From positions 608,001 through 672,000 of the forward strand of contig AE017150.2 in NCBI GenBank assembly GCA_000002445.1: a stretch of 64,000 bases of DNA, read 5' to 3'. The DNA is from Trypanosoma brucei. Taxonomy: Eukaryota. Made by a program: the position numbers and the translations under genes. The notes below the pieces were generated by a model. It saw only the letters and a list, made by a program, of their open reading frames with translations. It was not told the origin of the DNA and did not search any database. This document shows positions 38,502-51,200 of this stretch, one piece after another; the stretch's first letter is position 1, and every line of letters starts with the position of its first letter.

Positions 38502-40919
38502 CTACGTTTCTTTATGTTTCAACCTCTTCGCCAAGAGTGACCCTTCCCGAGGGCCAATGAGATTAGTCACCGTTCCAATGCCTTTTGTCCGTCCCTCTCT
38601 GAAAATAAGCTGTTGCCCAACTTTCATGAACTCCGGTCGGTATAAGAAGTGAAATCGCACAAGTGACCGGTCACCTGTGCGCAGAACCTCTTTTTCCACA
38701 AATACAATTCGTGCTGATTGCCGCACTGTGGTGGAATGAATGACTGGCTCATAGTTCACAAGGATGGTGGTAGAATGATAGAGAATAACAACATCGGCCT
38801 CAAACTGCCAGTACGCCTCTACTGGATGCTTAGGATCTGTGAGTATATTTCCCTTGCGGATTCCCCGACGCTTCTCCTTCTTGAGGCAAAAGGATGCATC
38901 GCAACCGGCTACTGCACGCTGCTGCTCCACTCCCTTAACGTGGATTGATTTAATTTGTACGGTACGGAATCCACCACTGGCATCTGGCCCTAATAGCACA
39001 GCATCATTGACATTAAAGACACCCTGCGTGACGATTCCACCTACAACTGTTCCCACGCCCGCCACAAAAAATGTGCTGTCGATCACCATCTCACGTGGGA
39101 GCTGGCGAGCGTTACGCCAATCCTTCCGCATTGGTAAAAGGTTTAAAAATCGCACTAATGATTGTAGACCCTCGCCACTGACGTTGCTAATTTCAAAGAT
39201 GGGCGTGATGCGGTCGTTTCGAAGATTCTTAGCGGAAAGCACTACGTCATCTACACGACGCACGGGGTACGGCAGCTTTCTGACAGTGGGGACCTTGAGC
39301 AATTTGTGAACACTGGCAAGCGTCTCCTGCCGGATGTTTTCCGGTGTGGAGTCTATACGCGTGATAACGACAAAGAAAGGAATCTTCAAAGCAAGGCATA
39401 AAGCTACGTGCTCCTTTGTCATACGTTGGATACCGTTATTGGCGCTGATGACGACACAGGCATAATCGGGAATGTTACGCGTCATGCCAAGAACGGTCGT
39501 TTTCAAGTACCGCTCGTGTCCAGCGAGGTCATAAAGAGTAAGGACTTTTGAACTCTTTGCCGCAACCTCCTGCCCGAGCTGGTGTGAGTTAATGGTAACA
39601 GGTTTATTACCAATAGGACCATCACCACCACCACCACCACCGCCGCCGTCATTGGGAGTCTCCTCACCAAGACTTACACCGCCTAGAGAGTGCTTAGCAC
39701 CTGCAACCACGTAATTCACCACTTCACCTGCTTCCGAGAAGCCCAAGTGGTTTTCACTCACGCTAGAAGTACGACCCGTCGCGGCCTCGTGCTTGTGTTT
39801 GAAAACAAACGCCCGCGCAGACCCACGACCATTATCGCGACAACCACGTGTCAGTACCGAAGTAAGCGTAGATTTACCGCTATCGACATTCCCACACATC
39901 GCAATACGCATTTCAATATGCTGCTCAACGGATGCACCCTGGCGCACCAGAAACTCCTGCGCAAATACCTTTGTTTTGGTGCCACTGTTACTTGTTTGCA
40001 CTTCACGGGGTTCAGCTAATACGGGTGAGCAACCAACTCCAATACGTGCCGCAGAAGCCTTGAGCTCCCAAACGCGCTTCTGAAATTCTTCCATAGTTGT
40101 TCCCGATATGACAATGAAGCACTCACCTTGTCCTTCCTCCACACGTCCGGCGACAGCGGAGTCACTCAGATCTTCCACACCAATAACATTATTACCGCTC
40201 CCACCATCACCGGTACCATTCTGTGAACCCTTCTCTTTTTGAGTTACAGTAACTTTGTCTACCCTTCGGGATGCGGCTGCGTCAATACGAGTGGGATCGA
40301 CGTGCTCCGATGGGCCGCAAGCTGACTGCAATTTCTTGCGGAGGCTGCACACTACAGCATCAAGAGTTTCTACGAGTTTTTCATTACTCTTCTTGGCGTT
40401 CAACGCTTGAAGAACAATATGAACATTTGAACCTATCAGAGAAGGCAGCTTTTGCTTGCCGTCACTCCCGCTATTGTTAGCCTTATCCGCATTTACCTGA
40501 GGATCACTAGCTTGTTTGTTTGTTTCATCTGCCAACTCCCGGAGCCGAGCAAATTCCGCTTTCGCTGACTCACTCTGGCCGTCCCAAAACAGTGCTACAA
40601 CAAGAACTCGCATGGACGTCATCGGAACGCCATGTTTGCCGCTGTGATGAAACTCATTCAACACCCTGGTCAGGGCGTTTTGAAAGCATCCATTTCCCTC
40701 ACTCCCTCCAGATGCGGCGCGTCCGTTGCTGTTGCTGTTGTTGTTGTTGCTGCTGCTTTTACCACAGGCTTCACTGACGTTATAAAGCATTGCGTGCACC
40801 ACTGGGGGCATGAGATGCTTCTCCGCAACTTCCTTCAACCACTGCCCAACCGTCATGGCTTCAGGCTCCGATAGCACGAGGAAGAGAGCGGCTTCCCTGT
40901 CATGTGATCCGTCAGCCAT
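38502..40919 (-). CDS. GTPBP1/GTPBP2-like translational GTPase (EF-Tu superfamily), 805 aa. It has a long low-complexity N-terminal extension with poly-Asn/Ser and Gly9 tracts.
   Basis: G1 motif MCGNVDSGKSTLTSVLTRG. G3 motif DLAGHERYLKTTVLGMT, characteristic of GTPBP1 (compare DLAGHEKYLKTTVFGM). Downstream beta-barrel domains are typical of the EF-Tu family. Confidence 0.8.
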   Translation of the reverse strand: MADGSHDREAALFLVLSEPEAMTVGQWLKEVAEKHLMPPVVHAMLYNVSEACGKSSSNNNNSNSNGRAASGGSEGNGCFQNALTRVLNEFHHSGKHGVPMTSMRVLVVALFWDGQSESAKAEFARLRELADETNKQASDPQVNADKANNSGSDGKQKLPSLIGSNVHIVLQALNAKKSNEKLVETLDAVVCSLRKKLQSACGPSEHVDPTRIDAAASRRVDKVTVTQKEKGSQNGTGDGGSGNNVIGVEDLSDSAVAGRVEEGQGECFIVISGTTMEEFQKRVWELKASAARIGVGCSPVLAEPREVQTSNSGTKTKVFAQEFLVRQGASVEQHIEMRIAMCGNVDSGKSTLTSVLTRGCRDNGRGSARAFVFKHKHEAATGRTSSVSENHLGFSEAGEVVNYVVAGAKHSLGGVSLGEETPNDGGGGGGGGDGPIGNKPVTINSHQLGQEVAAKSSKVLTLYDLAGHERYLKTTVLGMTRNIPDYACVVISANNGIQRMTKEHVALCLALKIPFFVVITRIDSTPENIRQETLASVHKLLKVPTVRKLPYPVRRVDDVVLSAKNLRNDRITPIFEISNVSGEGLQSLVRFLNLLPMRKDWRNARQLPREMVIDSTFFVAGVGTVVGGIVTQGVFNVNDAVLLGPDASGGFRTVQIKSIHVKGVEQQRAVAGCDASFCLKKEKRRGIRKGNILTDPKHPVEAYWQFEADVVILYHSTTILVNYEPVIHSTTVRQSARIVFVEKEVLRTGDRSLVRFHFLYRPEFMKVGQQLIFREGRTKGIGTVTNLIGPREGSLLAKRLKHKET

Positions 40920-42278
40920 GGGCAGTGCGAGTCAAATGCACTGGTCTCTTTCCCTTCGCTAGACAGTGGGATGAGAGGAGAGTTATACACACTCTAACAA
41001 GAGAAGAAAATAAAACAAAAGGTGGATTTCCTCACTTTACTCTTTTCTTTTTTTTTTATTATTTATTTCTTCAGGTTTTATTTCTTGAGGTTCCTCTCCT
41101 CCACGTTTCCGCCTCCGGAAGAAACTGCCAGCTTGATAACTGAAGTTGTGAGAGAGTCAGAGGAAGAAATGGAGTACAAATGTGCGACAGCGAGTTACAT
41201 AAAACGGTAGCAGGGAATGTGTCACCAAACGATGAGTTACATAAAGAAATAAAGAGGGTGTGAGTGAAAGTCGTAGACTGGAAGAAAAATAAAATAAAAT
41301 AAAAATACGCCACTGCGCGGCCACTTGATGATGAGGGACCACCTCCACTAGCGGTTTCATAACATCGAACCCAAATGGGAAAGAAGAGAATAGGCAAATG
41401 CGAAGGGAGGATGCTGCTAATATCAACAGAAAGGAGGAGGAGAAAGAGGGAATGGGATAAAGGTTTGTATAGTGAAGGAAAGTGGTTGCGTAAGGTCGCA
41501 CAATATAATATACGGATGTATATTTAGATGTATACATCTGTGTCTGGCATTCAGTTGAGTACACACACACAAACGAAAACAAAAAACGGTGTGTGCGACA
41601 GCATGTTCCCCATTACTTTCTCTCTTTTTTTCCTTGTCGAATGGGTAGAAGTGAAAAGTTTTAGGAAAAGAAAAAAAGAAGATGGGTAAATGCTTACAAC
41701 GGGAAGCAGTTTTTTTTCTTTTGTATCGTGTTTATTTCCACTTCTCAACTGCCTGTTTAACCCATTCACGAGCGAAGGGGGGGGTGGAAAATTGGAAAAT
41801 AATTGAACAAACGACACATTTTGATAACACCATTTCCCTCGAGTGGTTCATCACAGCCAACAGCTGTACACATATCCCGTGCCCACATGCATGTCTCAAA
41901 GGGTAATACGATGCAAAAGCGAGAAAAATAGCAACGCCACAGAAAATAAAAAAGGAGGAAAACCCCTAATTGGAAGGGAAATAGATGGAACCAATGAAAC
42001 AACAAACAAATAACGAAATTCCCCTTCCACTCTCCTTATTTTCACTGAAGAGGTGCTAGTACAGTTGCCCACGTTATTCTTCATTTTCGCTGCAATCATC
42101 CCAGCATGTACTCCTCGCTAATGTGTGCTCGAAACTCATCTTTTTTTCAACGAACAAACAAACAACAACAACAACAAACACAAACACAAGCACAAGCAAA
42201 CAAACAATTCCCACCCACTTGAGCCCCAGGGGGCCGCCCTATCCTATCCTATCTGTTCTTGCATCCACGCTTTTCCTA

Positions 42279-45200
42279 CTAAGCTTTTCCCCCATATGGT
42301 GTAGCAAAACTCAGCGCCTTCACCTTGCCGCTTCCGTAACCAATTAAAAACGCCGGTTCACCCCATTGCTGCTGCTGCATTGCCGTTACAGACCCAAGAT
42401 TGGCTTGACAACTACCATCAACAATAATCGCATGGTGCGTCACACTAACGATGTTACCGTGTGTGACCCCATCAGGCGGCAGACGGACTGCCCGCCACAG
42501 CGAAATACTGCCATCCTCATGCCCAGTTAGCAAAAGCTGCGTGCCGTATGCCCACTCCAATGTATTGTACGGAGTCACAGCAGTTATAGCCGCGGTGCAT
42601 GATCCATCAAAACTGTGCACTGCTCCATGCAACTTTCCATTGCCCTGCATTGGTGTTTTAGTACCCTCCGTCGCAGAGAGAGAACCAACTCCGTAGCGAT
42701 CACCGTTGGAATCGAATATTAACAAATGACGTCGTGTAACCACAATAGTGTTTGAAGTCAGAGGGTCGATTACGGAAGCTACCACACGTGAGTCATCTTC
42801 ATCGACAAAAAGGTGACCAAGGGCGTGCACCACGTTAAGGCGGTGTAACATTACGACCCGTTCCTGCTGGACACACCAAACAATGGGGGCGTCATTTCCA
42901 CTAACTGTGAAGCTAACCATTCGGCCGTACTTCGTGTCAATAGTGAGTCCTGCAATGGCGTGCATGTGATGACACAGCGTTGAGCTCAATGTCAACACTC
43001 CACTGTCCATGCTAGGCCTGAGACAATATATTGTGCCAGTTGTGGAACCAACAGCCACCAAAGTCTCCCGACAACATACGCAGGTACAGCTTATATTCGC
43101 GGACGGCTCCAGTAGAGTTGAGTATCGCATTGTTGAAAGAAGATCTCCACCTTTCAGGTCAATGTATATCATAGTATCTGCACCTAAGTCGAAGCAAATT
43201 AGATAATCTTCGTCATCCACAGGTATGAGGTACCTATAGCAACAAGCTATTTCTCCGCTACGCGTGGTGGCGAAACCAACGACAGGCTCCCGCTGAGTGT
43301 TGCAGAATGCCACAGCAGCGACTGGGAGTGTCATTAGGCTTCCAGGAGTGAGGTCCTTCAGGGTGAACCTTGACTGGCGCCCAGCAGCAACAAACTCCAT
43401 CATCAAGTGTACTTTCGGGCTAGGGTCTCGAGCACCATGCAACTTTGAAGTTACTGTTCGCGAGGCAAAACTGCTGGTGGATGCAATAGAGTTGTTGCAA
43501 GCAAAAGAGGAGTTACTACCAGCAGTGTTCGTGCTGTTTTTGTAGCGATGGTCACCCTTCTTTGCTGTGCTGGAGGTACTCACGACTGTGAAAATGCCAC
43601 TACTCAAGCTCGCAGTGGGATTACTTTCACTTGACCCGCTGACGAGCAGGCGCAAGTCGCTTTGTGGGGGATGGTGCTCCTGGAACAACTGCATGGGCGT
43701 TTGTCCGAAGTTGTCAACCTCCGCAACAATTACGTCGATGTCACGTGAGTTTTGGCTTTCTTTCAGCGCCTTCACAACCTCTTCACCGTACGTCATGCGC
43801 TGAAAGACGTTATGGCAGTCCACCGCCAGCTTTCCTCGCCGACAAACACCGAAAACAAGATCGATCCAATGGTGGATTGAGTGCGCAACGCGGTCGCTCT
43901 CCAGTATGTACCGCATCACCGCAGTGAAAACTTGTGCAGAGTCCTTTGCCCACGGCGGAAGCTTCACATCATCCACGGCAGTCCCGTCGGACTTTGTACC
44001 AAAGTTACAACGATTCATATTCACGAGGAACGAGCCGTCCAAAAAGAACTCAGGAGTTAGCTCCTTACAATCCGCCGGCCCATTAACACACGATTGGAAT
44101 GAACCATCGATCGTGTCAAATAGTCGAGAAGCAACATCGAAATCCCCTCCTTGAAAGATACGAGCAAATGTTGTAAAGGGCTCCATGCGAATGAGATAAT
44201 AAAGTACCCCACCGCTGGTGGAGTAATGCGTACCGTGGTGAAAGGGCTGCGTTAGTTCCATTGCGGCAACACCGCCATCGCCAAGTTGTTGTGCTACCTC
44301 CATCATTTGTTGGTATAAATCCTCTACACTTCTGCGCCGCTCCTTTGTTTGTGCCCCCATTGGTCGGGACAAGTCACGATACGTCGAATCCGAGCTGAGA
44401 TCAAGTGTAGAAGATCTGTAGTCCGCAATAACCCAAGGGAAAATGGGGTATTGGTTGTAGTCGAGAATTGTACGGCCTGCGGCGCGGTTGAGGAAAAATA
44501 GGTACTCGAACGTAGAAACAGACCTCCCACCCCAACCTGCCAGCATGTTGCGCATATTTGAGATGCGTTTGCCATGGTCGTGAATGGTACACCGTTGTGT
44601 GCCGATGACTTCCTGTAGCACCTCAAGAAACTCGTCGCGGGCACGAGTGTTCATCGACTGTCGTGGATCCACGAGCGAAAGCATGAGCCCGTCACTGTAC
44701 ATAACGTCGAGAAAAATGGCAGTGTCCTGGTGCATGTAGAGTCCTACTCGTATGCTTCGAATGTTTCTAACTAGGTAACACCAGTAGAGACTTTTGCACG
44801 GATGTCCTGTTGCTTGCCTAACGGATTGAGCCACTTTCGTGCCATCTTCGTGCTCTTCGTGTTCTCGCCGCCGCCGTCCCTTAGTTCCCCCATCTGTGAG
44901 GAACCGTTGCAGTTTGTTCGTCATAGATACTGCAAAACCTCGTGTGGTATTGTGAGACCGCTGCTTTTGACCCTTCTGCACACCTCCTTCGCCCCCACGT
45001 GAGGAGGCGTTCACTTCATCAGTTTCCTCATCGCAGTCTCCGCCAAGGTTATTGCTGCCGTTGCCCTCATAGTCGTACAGGAACACATCGCCCTTTTCAG
45101 TAATGCGCGAGAAGGAAAAAACCTTCACTGCCACATTTGTCACTAGAATGAGACACGGCGCCACATGTATGCCGTTGACACGGAACCCATTACTGATGTA

Positions 45201-48200
45201 ACGCAACACCTCATTCGGTTCTAGGAGATGCTGCAGAAGAACCGCAGCGGAGGACGTTACCTTGCATCGTGGATCAATGAAAGGAACTGAACCGCAATCC
45301 ACATACGGGCGACACCGAACCGCGACAGGTGGGATAAGGGCAGAAATGTGGCAGACCTGCGGCTCGCAGCTGCTGGTGTTGAGTATAGTGATGTGATCCT
45401 CGGCAGAGACACCCTTCATATCATCTGATTCAGCATTCGCAAAAAATGTACTCGCAGTCAATATTGTGGACCGCTTGTGCCTAGAATCGATACGAAAAGC
45501 TTCACTCAAATGAGAGTCACCACGACTAAGTGAACTACGCGGCACTGCTAGCCAGTGTAGCTGTGCGGGTTGTAAGCGTGCAATGGAACCGACTCGTGAA
45601 GAGAACCGCCCATTATATGCCTGCACCAATACTGCGACACTATACCCATTCGACAATTTCGCGGTAGAATTGTAGCTCTCGTTGAACAAGCGCATCTGGT
45701 TAACATAAAATGACCGTTTCTTCAAAAAATGATTCACTGCTAACTCCACTTTCATTTTAAGCCGCCCCGACATAACCGCCTTCAGTTTGGAGGTATTACT
45801 ACTAATGTAAACGTCGAACGCCACGATAGCATTCGTCTCATCTTGCGAAAGTAATGCAGACACAAAGCCTTCGTAGATCGAGACTCGTGAAGCAAGTGAG
45901 TTCACGGTGACAGCTTTCTTTAGGTCCTTGCTTCCTTGGTAAACGAGTGCGATGCGCCGAAGGCACAATGTGATGACCTCTTTGCGCTTTCTGCTGTCCG
46001 GATTCATTGTGTCCTTGGATGATGGATCGTCGTAAACGCGCATCAAACTTCCGATCAAGCACGCCATCAACGGTTTCATAGGCCACGGTGAGTCTAGTAC
46101 ATGGGTAAGCATAGTGTGTATCAGCCCCATCTCCTCTAGACTCATTTCACTTACCGGCTTTCGATTAATGGCCGCGACACAAATCTTAACTATCTGCAGG
46201 CGAATTTCCAGCAAGTCTGAAAGATTCCAAGACACCCTCGCATACAGCAGGAGACGCACAAAGTATGGGGCAATGGTTGAGAGCTCAACTACATGAAAGG
46301 AGAGAAGATCCACCAGAAGATCATTGAAGGCACAGACATTGAAAGCGAATATATTCGAAATGATGCCCGCGTACGCTATGCCTCCATTCATTTCATTTTC
46401 CATGGGAACGCTGGCCGCGCACTCGTCGACCCTCTGTCCATTGTCAGCAAGCGACTCAGTTGATCTTGACAATGGTAACGATGACTTCATCCGCCCACCC
46501 GTTTCGGGGGGCAGCTGTAGTGCAGATTGCGTCTTGGGGCTTTTGCGTGTGGCGACCAGCTCCAGCACCTGATGCATGAAAAAATTGATGAGCACTGATG
46601 CCCCTTCTTCCTCGTTTGCCATGGTACCGGTGATTAGTATCAGCTGGAAAAGTAGATAACCGCAAGCACCATAGGAATAAGGATTAGCCGGCGCTGTCCT
46701 CGCGGGCATCGCTTGCAGCGACGATGCAACGATGTTGCTCAAAATGTCCACGGCAGGTTCCAGCAGAGAAGCAAGGGAATGCGATTGAAGGACATCCGGC
46801 CTCACAACAGATCCTATCGTCTCCGCCAATAGCAAATCCTCATTCCCTTCTTCCTCTTCTAGTTCACACCCATCCCTCTCCTCGAAACCAGTAAAACCCC
46901 TTGCAAACGGAGAAAAGCGTGTTTTTCTGATATCCAGCGACCGCACACTCTCAAAAGGATCGCTAATAAGCGTAGGCGGAGCGGCGTCACTTCTTTCGAG
47001 TGTTGATACTACGGTTCCGGACTGAGGCACATCATCGTGAGTATGAGTAGACTCAGATAACTCAGGAAGGTTTGTCAAAGGCAACGAAGGTGACATGTGG
47101 CACGGTAGAGCCACGTTCTCGACCTCACCGATACCGCTGAGCACATTCTCCTGGGGTGTTGGGGGCACTTTCCTTATTCCGCTTTCCATGGAAGAAGATG
47201 ACCTGCAGCACTTGCCATTCTGCGTTTGGCAATCGTCTCCCTCGACAGATTCCTCGTATGCATCATCTTCATAAGCGTTGTCCTCGCTATCAGCGTACAG
47301 TGGTGTTTTCAAATCAAGAATGCCAAAAATACTGTCTGCAGCAGAACCCTTCTTTCCATCGGTATCCACTTCCTGTTTTTGTAATGCCGAAGTTTCCACG
47401 GCCCCCCTTAACCTCATTATTTCCCGGCAGCCGAAGTCGTGCATGGCGGATGCGAGCTCCCCACTTTTTGCCATTACATCCTCCTTCCGCAGAAACGATC
47501 CGAAAAAAGCAAGCGTCGCCACCTGAAACGGAGATCGCGTCATGAGAGCAAAAGCATTTGGTTGCATAGATATCTGCAACAATGTTTTCAGTATAAATAG
47601 TGTTCCACACATTTCCTCCTTTTGGGCTCTTCCTCTTGCTCCTCCTCCGTCGATCAGAAGGAAAGGGATGTCATTTCTGAGCAGTCGTGCGTACCGTGAA
47701 CGCTGCACGCGGCGCCAAATGTAAGTGGCGATGCCAACAACAATGAACGATGGTCGATGCCACAAACTCCTTGTCACTACCGGCAAAGAGGAATCCTTTG
47801 CCTGCGCCCAATGCTCGCTTGCACCTCCCGCAGCTTCTGGAAGATGTGTGTTACTCGAATCCCTTGAAAGCGTGGGGTTCCACCAGAGCGACGAGCAAGC
47901 GTCAGGGACAGCACCTGTTGGGCGATGCGATAGTCGTTTCACATAAATGCCTAACATCAACCGCGAGCACACCACGGCAAGGTGAAGGTACTTAAACAGT
48001 CGAAAGGAGCGAAGGAGGCGACGGCCCCCCACCTGTGATATAGGCCCCGGACGAAAGAGAAGGGGTCGTGTCAACGACGCACTCAAATGAAGCATTAGCA
48101 ACCTGAAGAAAATTGGAGTTATGGCCGTGTCAGAATCGTGTAATGACGAACCCAGGGCGCTATCCAGCTGCAAATGCAGGGACTTGCTTGAGTGGAGTAA

Positions 48201-51200
48201 GTCCAAGAATCCATCGGCTCCCACGCTATGACCAAGAAGTAAAAGTAAAAGGTCCTCGCTGAAACTGTGTGGCTCCAGGGCGGTGGCTACGGTGGCTGGG
48301 TGTTGCATTACTTCCGCACGGAGCTCCTCGTTGAGCCGCAGCGCCCCAAGGAAGAGGTGTGTAGCGTACACAACGCAGGTAGTTTCTGCAAAGCGCGATA
48401 CACATACGACGAACCAGTTGAGGTCCACGAGACGCGAAAAGACGGAAAGGAATGCGTCACTCACGCGACTACACTCGATGAGGCACCTCAGAATTGCTAA
48501 AGAGACGTTGTAGGCTGTTTTATGTGACGCTTGAATTTGTGTAAAACGAGCTCGCGGAAGTTTCAACCGCTGCTTTTGTTTGCTCTGCGCATCCACCTCT
48601 GCAGGTGTAAGGACGGCTGCTGCTGTCATGAATGAACTCACCAGGTTGGTTTCAAAGCCACACGCGATGATGATGTGCTTTAAATTAGAAATCACACGAT
48701 TCAGGACGGTGAAGGGGAGCGACAGCCGGCTGTAAGACAAACTGTTGAGTATACCATCCACAAAGCGAAATGGGCGTATGTACTGCACGTTGTGATCAGC
48801 AAAACGGCAAGAGAAGACGTCAAACATTTTCCCCACGCGCTCTGTTACGTGCGTAGCGCTTTCGAGTGGCATCGCAGCGAGCAGCTCCATGTCTCCCAGT
48901 AAATGGTCAAAGACAAGACGATTTATAATAAAGGGATGAAATTCGTTGCCTGCCCGCACTTCCGCGGTAGCAAGATGCACCAGACTATCACAGACTGCTG
49001 GTGTGATTAGATGAGCTGAGCGACGAAGATAATAATGCAACATCGCGTAAGTGCGGAAGTCAGTTGCACTAGCATTTGCCGTGCAGCGCAAGGTTGTGCA
49101 CAGGAGTGATGTATTTCGTTCAAGCTCAGCCGAGTCCTTTGATTTCCCTATCCAACGCAGTAAGTGCATAAGTCCACCTCGGTTACTGAAGAAACTCTTG
49201 TAATCGATCCAACAACGCGGTGGCTGAACGCATCCTCCAATTGCTTTAGCAGTGATCATAGAACAACCCTCCGCGCTACGGAACAATGTGTTCAAGAGCA
49301 CTTGGCCGTCATCTACTTCGCATGGGCTGAAGTGCGCAACGCAATCCCCAACAGGGGAGACACTTCGTGACCCTGAAATCTCCCTTGGCACTTCACAGGG
49401 AAGGAGTTTACACACGCCTGCTTCATGACTCCTGCCAGCCAAGTGAGCTTCTACTTGGGGGGTTATAAGTTCTTCCTCCCACAAACTTATGTTTCCAATA
49501 GAATAGAGGGCGTTTGGCACTACCGTGTTGACGAGGCCAATGTGAATCAAAGCCTGCGACCCTGAGTGGAAGTAAGGCAGCGAACACGTACCGATCTTCA
49601 TAGCGTTGAAGTACACACTGACAGTGTGAGCAACACTCATCACGATATGAAAATGTACCCACTCTCTGGGGGCAAGTCCCTTCAGCATTCCGGGTTCGCT
49701 CAACTGCACCGTTTTACCAGCGTACTCAATATGCACGCTCTCGCCCCCCAATAGAAATACGCATGTTGGTGAGCGCAGCGTCCCGTCAATTCCCACGAAT
49801 TGAAAAATATTTACCCGAGGGTATATTTCTTCGAAGCGAAAACATGAAGCCATGGAGAACCCCTTCTTTGGCCACTCCCCAACAGTAATGACCACACCAC
49901 CAGACCAACTGAACCGCATTTCACTACGCTCCGAAGCATTTGACAAAATAGGCGTCCAAAACGCCTTCAAATCTTCCGCATCACCGGAAGAAACTAGTGG
50001 CAACCGCTGCTCCGCTGAGGTGGCATCAAGCTCAAGGTATGGCACTAGTGACGCGTGCCCCATCTCTATTGCCCAGTCCAACAAAGCATCGCAGCGCACA
50101 ACTGCGGTGGCGCGTAACACGTCCCGCACAGCGCGGAGTACATCATTTTCCAACTCCGAGGCATGCACATGCATATGGCGTAGCAGAGGTGGGAGCAACT
50201 CCATGAACACGGGTTTCCTTAGGCAGCAGTTCGGGTGGGGTAGTGACAACTGGCCGTAAGTATTCAACTTAGATGAGGCATTTCCAGCACTGTCATAGGT
50301 CGACATTGCCGCATCGAGAACTGCCTGCACGATGAATACGATGTGCTCCACGCTCTTAATGGAAGCAAGACTGCTGGAGAATACTTGTGCCAGGTTTGTA
50401 TTTGAAAGGTGAGCGCCGAGACCGTAGACGGGCTCAGCTACTGAGAGGAAGCAGAACAGTTGGCGAATGAGTTGCTTGAACTGTTTCAATTGATTGGATA
50501 TCTTCAGCACGCGCTCCATCACTACTATCACGGCATCTACACAATTGAATTTAAATAGCCACACCTGCCGTTCGTATTTGGCAGCAGCGGCAAGCCCGTC
50601 TGAGGTCAGCTGACTGGAAAGGAATGAAAGTAGGTCCAACAGTAGGGCGGGTGACGCCCCGCGAATAAGCTCCTCGAGAACTACATAAACCTCACTATGT
50701 GAAAGGCTACAAGAGAGGGATGCGGATCCTAATCTGGTCAACAGCTCACCCTTGGCTGACACAAGGTTGAGCAACATTTCCAATTCCCTCGCAGAAAGGA
50801 AGCGTGGATTCCTCTGTAGGAGAAGCGCCAACACGCCACGTAAGTGGACAACAATATCATCGCTCTCTTCCAGTTGCTGGTTCCCAGAAAGGCTGACCAG
50901 TTCACCTTTTCCGGAGCTGCTCGCACTCACACCACCATCATCCGCACCACTTCGATGTTCCCGCACTAATATCTGCTGAATAATTGATGTCTCACCGTCG
51001 TCCAAGATGTTTCGCAGAAGTTCCGGAAGAACCTCCTGCGAGCGTTTGATATTTGCTTCGTCGACGTTGAGTGCCAGAACGGTGTACCACAGAGCGGTAG
51101 CTTGGGACATTAAGCGCCGTGACAACTCCCTTTCCTCGTTGGATTCCATGGTGTCAAGATGTTTTAATAATAAGGGCGGGAGTTCTATGATGTCCGCGAC

